Shown: piece by piece, positions 53,801 through 64,000 of the stretch
How the letters are laid out: every line of letters starts with the position of its first letter
How positions within the stretch are numbered: the stretch's first letter is position 1
Assembly: GCF_009914755.1 (NCBI RefSeq)
Contig: NC_060928.1
Direction: 5' to 3' (one strand)
Origin: the human T2T-CHM13v2.0 reference genome, Homo sapiens
DNA length: 64,000 nt
Program-made: the position numbers and the translations under genes
Notes under the pieces: model-generated
What the model was told of the DNA's origin: nothing
The model's input: only the letters and a program-made list of their open reading frames with translations
Databases searched by the model: none

Positions 53801-56800
53801 ATTATACCAAAAATTTGCCCCCCTGGGCCTTTGATTAGATAAATTAATAAATTACCTGTACTAATTAGGCCTTATTTTTTTTTTTATTACTGGCAACCAA
53901 AAGCATCGTAACTGACATAAGAATGTACAGCCAATGCCATTTTGGTGTACTTCTTAGGAATAATATAGTCTTATCTTGGGTAGAGAACCTTGGGATTTGT
54001 TTTCAAAAATTTACATCTGCTTCTTCATTAATATTTAAAATGGTGGATGCAGCAGCAGTACATACTGTTACGATTATGCTTGCTTCAAAAGGAAGTTGTG
54101 ATACAGAGAAATTAAGTACTCTTGTGATTCATGCCATAATTATGTAAAGTTAAGAAATTAGAGAAAAGAGTGTGCAGGAAGGTAGAAGGAAAGAGTTGAA
54201 TAAGATGTAGTCATTTAAATGAGAAAAAACATAAATGGCATGGAGAAAACTCAATCTGTTTTTGTTTCCTCTTTACCAAATTAAAGAAAAACATATAAGT
54301 AAGGTCTCATACTCAGAGATAAAATGGTTAGATATTTATTTAGTCTCGTTTTAGTACCTCAAACTCCACAGTAGTTAGGCCCCTTTCAGGCTCAATATAT
54401 TGAAGTGAGAAGAAGAAACACACACAGACTTAGTTGATAGCTGGACACAGGAAGATTTTCAGCAAGGTGATGAGATTAATAATTGATATTAATATTAATA
54501 TCTTCTCTATTAATATCTTTATTATTAATTATATCTTATTAATATCTTCTCTATTATTTCAGTGATTCGGGTTTGTCACATTTACACACTATTAATGGAT
54601 AATGAATAGTACTTTTTTGATTTTAGTAATCTGTTATTCTAGTTTTTCAAAGGAATCTTGCCACACAGCAAGATTTATCCCCCAGCATGGGGCTAAGCCA
54701 GGGACGTGCCTCAAAATGATCAGGATAATCCTGGATGAAGGGGCTGTGGCCACCACAACATTAACTTCCAGTTTTTATTTTTAGCACATGACTAGAGTCA
54801 CAGAGCTATGCTTTCAGCCTGGCTGAGTCATGATTCATGAGGTGACTGCCATTCTATTGCTCAAACTTTCAATCCTGCAAATGGAGAAAATCGGAATACT
54901 CACAAGTCCCAGGAATTTTACGAATGGGTTCTCAATTCAGGCTGAACATTTAGTGGATCAACAAGCCACGAAATACCCTCCAGAGAGGATATGTGGCATT
55001 TTCAGTCTCTTTTCTTGCAAAATGTTGAGCCTCAGTTTATGGCCAATATCTAAACTGCCTCTTCACTGCCTATATCTGCCACTTTAAATTATTTCCTCAT
55101 TTATGTTAGGTGGCTTTGTGTAGATTATTCATAAAAAAAAATTGTACTAAGACATTTTCTCTCACCTCAGTGCTTCTAAAATAAAAGGCACTAAAATTTC
55201 TTAAAGACAGTAAGAGCTTTCATGGTTGGCCACATGTAATATGGAATCATCGTATTGATTAATAATAGCTTTCAGATTGACTACTAAATCATCCATTATA
55301 TTCAATGACATTTGCTACTTGTATATTTTAGGCCCTTAAAGAGATGGACATATTTTTGTAAAATCTTGTGCTAAAGTGCTTGTATTATTCTCCAACTATA
55401 ATTCTTATTTCTGACTTTGACCAAAAGGGTTTCATTGTATCATAGTTCAAGATTGTGGAAGTATTCTTGCTTCTAGTTCTCCTTTATTTGTCTTTCTTGA
55501 ATGGTTCATTTTGTTACGAAAGATACTCTTACGACTCTGATAATACTTTTCTCAAGATGCCATCACTTGAAAAGACAGTCATATGCATATTATCCAACTA
55601 GATTACATAGTCACAAGTCAGACGCCTGTGTCTTTCTGAGCTTTATTAAGAATGTCATGTGCAATATGGAAAGGTTGCACTTTCTTGTAGACCTTTGTTA
55701 AAGACTTATATTTGCCTAAATTGACTCATTGGCAGCAAATCAGAGACAAAGATAACTATGCATACTCCGTCCTATTAGCAAAAAGTTTTAGGGTTGCATA
55801 TATCATTTTCGTCTGGACAGGTAGCAGGTCATTTTGTTTTTAGTGAATGTGCCCTGGCATAAGAGATGGTACTTGAGATTAACAAGACTATTGGTAAATC
55901 TGGTAAAAACCCATGCACTCTTTAGGACTTATGTTTGGTAGATTAAAAGGGTACCATTTTCCTTCTTATGTTTTCAGGATTTTCCTCATTTGTAGTGTCC
56001 TGCCACTTATACACACAAGGTTCCTCTGTGGTAATGATGGAATCGAGATTCCTTCTAGAAGAAATTTGCCCTTTTCTGCCCATCCCCACTTCCCAGTTGC
56101 ATAAGAGAAGGAGATTGAAAAATGTGAATACTATACATAAAAACTGAAATCAGGGTATCAATTTCTCATTCGTCTACTTAAAAAACAATGTTAAAAAGAC
56201 AATTTTATTTAAACATTAAAAATAATTTTATCCCAACTAAAATTTTTATTTTCTACATTCATTTTCAATTGTTCATATGCATAAATATGACATATGTAAT
56301 TACCACCAAAGAATGGAAATTTTCTTGCTCTGTAGAGTTGATAATTTTTTTCTGCCTGTGTAATATTTTGTCTAATTGGTGAAACATAATTTATTTGAAC
56401 ATTTTCATGGAGTCAGATATGTAAGTTTTTTAAATGGGATTCTGCTGTAAAGGGTACTGCTAGGATTAGCAGCTTCATGTATAAAGCATTTTTGCTTCTT
56501 TAAAATAAATTTCCAGGAGAGGTGTTACTAGATCCTAGTGAAGATAATTTTAGTTTTATTTGATCCATTTCTAAAAGAACTCCTTCAATTTACTATGTTT
56601 TGAGCAGTAAGCCAATGTTCTGGCATCACCACATGATGGTTAATATTTGAGTATTGCCATTCGTGCTGTCTCTCACAAAATATTTATGCCAAGCCATCTC
56701 CTAGGAATTGGGAATACATCAGTGAACGAAAACATGGAGAAACATCTGCCCTTGTGGAGAAAATAAAAGTGTCTATTTAGTATGGTCCAAAATAGGCCAT

Positions 56801-57891
56801 AGAATTGGTTCTAAGTTACATTCTTTCAACTGCTAGTGAGAATTAACATTTTTCTATGTGTTTATTTACCATCAGCATTCTTTTCTGTGTGAATTTTCTG
56901 CATATTCTGAAGCCAGTCTTCAACGCAGAGATTCCATGGTCATTGTGGCCTACGTGACCTAAACAAATCATTCCAAAATTTTAAATGGGCTGAGACTGTT
57001 GACAGTCATCTCTGCTCCTTATACCCTCATCCAGCATTTGTATTTCAGGTATCTGGTGACACAGATTTCTGGTAATGCCTCACATCTGATCATCACTTCC
57101 TGAAAAAGATAACCAAAGGCAATGTAATAGGAATATCAGCAGCCACAGCACTCAGTCACCCAGGGGAATCTACATGTTTAAGCTTTCATACCCTGTTCGG
57201 TTTCTTGTAGAACTCACTCAACACCTGGAGTGGATTAAATAGATGATGTAGATTTCAACTGCTTAGAAATATCCATTTCTGCCACATTTCCTGCTGCCTG
57301 TTTTACTTCTGTGGAGTTATTTAGTTGTCATGTTGGATGAGTCTGAGCTATTTTCCCAGCACGCTGTACTATAGTGTGAGTGCACCTTCTAGGGAAAAGG
57401 GCACAGACTGAACAACTTATCATCAGAATCTGTGTTGACTGAAGGAAGGATGGCAACAGATTCCTGTCAGATGATTTTGCCTCAGACAATTTGGCTGTGA
57501 ATGCTCAAAGAATGAGGAATAAGTACCCAGGGCATAGAGCATAAAGGTGAGTGCTATTTATCATTATATAACATCATTTTGATGACAGGAAAAATTGAAG
57601 TCACACTAGGGACCTACAGCCATGTTAGGGTAGATGATTGTACATAACACTTCTCTCAGTCCTAAGAACCCCTATGCTCGGATGTATTTTGCGGACTACC
57701 GAGTCCATGAAAAAAAAAACAGTGGAAACGCAGTGACCATCAGCATGACAAGTCTCCTGCAAAGTGAAGACAAAAGACCAAAATATACTAGCTGAACCCA
57801 CTTTCCTCTGTTGATATTGAGATTTCTGTCTACGCTGGATAGCTGAATATTATTCATATTTTGCATCAAATTAGTAAAAGTGTTATTTTTA

Positions 57892-58344
<453 letters not shown>

Positions 58345-59141
58345 TTATCTTCTTCTGCTGGATAGCTCCTGATTACTCTGAAGCACAGCATCCTCTGGGA
58401 AGGTTTCCCTAACTCTCTTCTCATCCCTGTCTCCCTTTCAGTTATCTGTTGACACAGCAATGTGTACTGTTTATCATATCATTCTGCATTTTAATATTTT
58501 ATTCTGTTGCCTCTCTCCTTCACTGTACTGAGCAACTTGAGAGAAGGAAATATTTATTTTATCATTGTATTTCCTGGAACCAACTATACTAGGTTCTGAT
58601 AAAAAATATTTGAAGGAATAAATGACAGAAAAAAGCTAAAGAAGTAATGGCTTTCAGACAATACGGCAATTTTCACAACAGAGGGAGCAGAGCCATGTTA
58701 ACAAAAAGCCTAGTGTAAAGTGATTGAGTGATTGCTCCTCTCTGAATCTTCTCTTATAATTTCCTTGCAGACCTTTTTAACAAATCTTCTTTCATCAACT
58801 AACTGATGCTGTCATAATCATTCATTAGCTGCTTTGTGAACCTCCACAATATAGCACTCTGCTTAAAATGAACAGGGAGTCTCCAAACTTAGCTTGTGTG
58901 ATGTCTTAATAGAAAATCAAAGGAAGTCAATTAATAGGAAAAGGCAAGTATACCCTTTATCTTTTAGTAAATACATGCATGCCTGTTATTACCTCAGGTA
59001 AATTGTGATTGAGATGTTGGACTGGAGCTGATTTATAATAATGCAGTCCTGATGGAATGATGGGATTAGAGTAGGATTTTTTGTCTCTCATTTGTTTTCT
59101 ATATTGCTAAGGCAGTATATGTCAGATTAAAGACTTTGAGT

Positions 59142-59475
<334 letters not shown>

Positions 59476-59647
59476 TTAGCTAGCATGGCAAAAGAAAAAC
59501 TTTGTGTAAATTATCAGATTAAGAAGTGTTATCATTTACACTCAGATAAATTAACAACGCAGGGAAAAAAACCTTAAAAGTCAAACCAAAATGCCCCTAA
59601 CCATCAGATTCAGTATGAAACATTGACGAAGTAAGAGAAAAAATTCT

Positions 59648-59945
59648 GGCCAAGCGCAGTGGCTCACACCTGTAATCCCAGCACTTTGGGAGGCTGAGGC
59701 AGGCAGATCACTTGAGGTCAGGAGCTTGAGACCAGCCTGGCCAAAATGGTGAAACCCTGTTTCTGCTAAAAATTCAAAAATTAGCTGGACATGGTGGCAG
59801 GTGCCTGTAATTTCAGCTGCTCAGGAGGCTGAGGAAGGAGAATCACTTGAACCCAGGAGGTGGAGGTTGTAGTGAATTGAGAACACGCCACTGCACTCCA
59901 GCCTGGGCGACAAAGTGAGACTCTGTCCCTCCCCCACAAAAAAAG
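59648..59945 (+). mobile_element. AluS
   Basis: Full Alu dimer. Confidence 0.93.
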
Positions 59946-60962
59946 GAGAGAGAGAAAATTTTATTTGTGGGTAATAACCCAGGAAATATAAGTAAAACTA
60001 TTTGAAACAAGTGGACAATTCACTAATGTAGTGGTTTACTAAACATGTCAAAATCATGAGCTTATCTTTTTCTTTTAAATAAATTTTATTGCATATATTT
60101 GAGGTTTACAACATAATGTTAAGGAGTACAAATAGCAAGATGGTTATTACAGTGAAGCAGATGAACAAATTAACATATCTGTCATCTCACATAGTTCTTA
60201 TTTTTGTGATAAGAGCAGATAAAATCAACTTCTTTAACAAAAATTCCTAATACTATAGTTTTACTAACTTTAGAACTCATGATACACATGAGATCTCTGA
60301 ACTTGATCATCCTGCATATCTGCTATTTTGTATCCTTCAACCTAGATCTCCCTATTTCTTCTCCCTCCCTCCTCCTGCCTGTGGTAACAACTGTTTCATT
60401 TTCTATTTCTGTATTTGAGCTCTTAAAAATATTCCACATATAAGTGAGATCATAAAATATTTTTCTTTCTGCGACTGGCTTATTTTACTTAGCATAATGT
60501 CCTCCGGGTTCATCTATGTTGTGGCAAATGACAAAATTCCTTCTTTTTAATGGCTGAGTAGTATTCCATTGTCTATTTCTACCATATTTTCTTATCCATT
60601 TGTCCATCAATGGACATTTAGTTTTTTTCCATATCCTGGCTATTGTGAATGATACTGCAATGAACATGGGAATGTAGACATTTTTATGAGGTGCTTATTT
60701 CATCTCCTTTGGGTATATGCCCAGAAGAGGTGCTGCTGGGTCGTATGGTGGTTCTATTTTTAATTTCTTTAGGAGCATCCATTCTCTTTTCCATAATGGC
60801 CCTACCAACATACATTTCCACCAATTGTGCATTTGGGTTCCCTTTTCTCAGCATCCTCACCAACATTTGTTATTGCTTCTCTTTTTGATAATAGCCATCC
60901 TTACGAGTGTGAAGTGATATCTCATAATAGTTTTAATTTGCATTTCCCTTTGATTGGTATGA

Positions 60963-61332
<370 letters not shown>

Positions 61333-61455
61333 TTCTTTGCCCATTTTTAAATCGGGTTTTTTTGTTTTTCTACTATTGAGTTGTAAGAGTTCTTTATAAA
61401 TTTTGGATGCTAGGCCCTTGTCAGATATGTGGTTTATAAAAACTTTCCCAGTCCA

Positions 61456-61770
<315 letters not shown>

Positions 61771-62569
61771 ACCTTTCCCAGTCCATACGTTGTCTTTCAG
61801 ATTCTCTTTAAATTATTTCTTATGAGGAAACAAAAATAGTCAATTTATAGTAATCAGGGCAAAGTTATCTTTTAAAAATACATGAACATGATTAGCTACT
61901 TTAAAACAAGTTACAACTTTAGACTTTGGCTTTTTCATAATGTAATGCCAGGTTCTCATGAAATGATAATATGATAGGACTGTTCAAACTAGGATACTGG
62001 CTTCATTCTTTCCTTTTTAAATTAACTCAGGCAGTGTATCTAAAACTAAATGCCGTGGGCCCTTGTTTTGGGGGCTTTCTTAGTTTTCTCTGCCAATTAC
62101 GGTTTGTGTTTTTACTATGCAACATTGTTCAACAGGAACAAGTTTAAAACATTTAGTATCCAACAAGTGCTAACCAAACAAAAGTGAATAATGGAATTCT
62201 AGGCTTTGTCCCAGCTCCTCCCATTCTCTCCTCAAGGATGACAAATGCTTAAGTAATAAGAATCAATTTTGTGAGTAATTTTTGAGTTCCATCTGATTAC
62301 TGTTAATAGTCACAACTTGAAAGCATGAGAATACATTTGAAGGCAAAAACTTTTGCTACAGCAAGTTTGGTGGTCTATGCTAACATTCCTTTAACTATTT
62401 CCACCAGCTTTACCATAATCATATGATAGAATGCATGCTAACACAAGAGCTTGCTGCATATAAAACATGCTTGAGACTAGGCCAAATACATAATCCAAGC
62501 ATTTCTATTCTATGGAAGATTTCTTTTCCTTTAAGTTTTTGTTATTTTTTGTGTTTTATAGTCACCATA

Positions 62570-63775
62570 GAAATTGTAGTATACACAAATTATATACTAT
62601 AATACTTATTGCAGTCTCCACCTATTTCTTTAAGGGGAGAAACTCCCCAAACATAAAAGCCTGCAGTTTTGTGAGTTTTGACAAACGTGTACACATATGA
62701 AACCACGATCCCATCAGAATAGGATGTGATTATCTCTGGAAAATGCCCTCATACTCTCTTCTCCGATAATTACCACCCCTTCTCCCAACCTTTAGAGACA
62801 GCCAATGTTATGATTTTTTCCCAAACCACAGATTTGCTTATAATAGAACTGTTTATATTAATGGACTTACAGAGTATGTACTCTTTTGTGCCTGGCTTTT
62901 GCTACAGATAATGTCTGAGAGATTCTTCTATGTCCTTGAATGTAATGGTAGGTTCTTTTTTCTTTTATTTTTTTTCCCGAGAATTTTTCCATTGAATGAA
63001 TACACCAAAATTTGTTTATGCCTTGTCGTGCTGATGGACATTTTGGTTGTCTATAGTTTTCAGCTATTATAAATAAAGCTGCTATGGACATTTTTGTACA
63101 AGGTATTGTTCTCTTGGCTAAATTAGTTCTCTTGGCTAAATTAGTAGGGATGCAATTGCTCGACCATATTGTAAGTATATATTTAATCTATAAGAAACTG
63201 CCAAACCTTTCCCCAAGTTTGTTGTACCATTTTACATTCCAACCAGCAACATATGAGTTTTCCAGTTGCTCCCCAACCTAATATACTGTCAGGTATTTAA
63301 TTTTAGCAATTCTCATCCATGTATTGTAGCATTTCATTGTGGCTTTCATTTGCATTTCCCTGATAATTAATGAGGCTGAATAATTTTAAACGGTGCCTTT
63401 TAGCCATTCATACAGCCTTTTGAAATAATTTTTCAAATCATTTTAAAATTCAAATTTTAAAATTTGCATGTTCATTTTAATAGAGTCTTTTGATGAGCAG
63501 AAGTTTTAAATTTTGATGAAGTCCATTAATTCTTTTCTTTTATGGTTATTGCACTCTATGTCATTCTTGAGAAATCTTTGTCTAATCTCAGGTCAGGGAG
63601 ATATTATCCTATGATTTCTTCCAAAAGATTTCTAGTTTTAGACTTTGTGTTTGGTTTTATGATCCACCTTGAATTAATTTCTGTGCATGGTACGAAGAAG
63701 GAGTTAAAGTTCATTTTTTTTCTCTCCTGGCATATACCCCATTGTTTAAACACTATTTGTTGATAAGAATATCCT
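62570..63775 (-). mobile_element. L1ME-type fragment with an 18-bp tandem duplication (gttctcttggctaaatta x2, ~63108-63143)
   Basis: ttttgacaaacgtgtacac...gatggacattttggttgt...gatgagcagaagttttaaattttgatgaagtcca. Confidence 0.82.
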
Positions 63776-64000
63776 TGGATTTCAGGATAGCTAAAGACAA
63801 TGGTAGTTGCTTAGGTTCCTGTCTCCCAACTTTTCCCCCCAAAATAACACAGAAAAACAAGAAGGTAAGAAAAGCAAAAACAAAATAAACCTATCCCAAA
63901 ACAATGACCTCAGCATTATGTAAAGACAGAGAATGCTCATATCTCAAAATAACTTGAAATTTTAAGAATAAAATTGTAAATGTCCAGTAAGCAATCTCTT

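Overview
This is AT-rich, CpG-poor eukaryotic DNA from a hominoid (human or ape): it carries many Alus and an SVA element, and SVA is hominoid-specific. I see no intact gene I can name. About half the window is interspersed repeat: Alu, L1, L2, L3/CR1, MIR, MaLR and ERV LTRs, DNA transposons and one SVA. The only clearly recognisable gene-derived feature is a decayed, intronless KRAB-C2H2 zinc-finger retrocopy on the minus strand (about 1-2110). The most notable observations are: (i) four minus-strand segments with canonical splice sites (24921 to 21549) that join into an uninterrupted 98-codon ORF, with an alternative broken Cys-rich/transmembrane reading; (ii) an 89-nt near-perfect hairpin at 46064-46152; (iii) a 230-bp templated insertion copied from 3.4 kb away into a MaLR LTR; (iv) two independently inserted, divergently oriented LTR12 solo LTRs; (v) an inverted Alu fragment sharing a non-consensus variant with its neighbour. 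Repeat subfamily names come from recalled consensus sequences, not a database search, and most boundaries are approximate (within tens of bp). I cannot demonstrate a new biological system from sequence alone.
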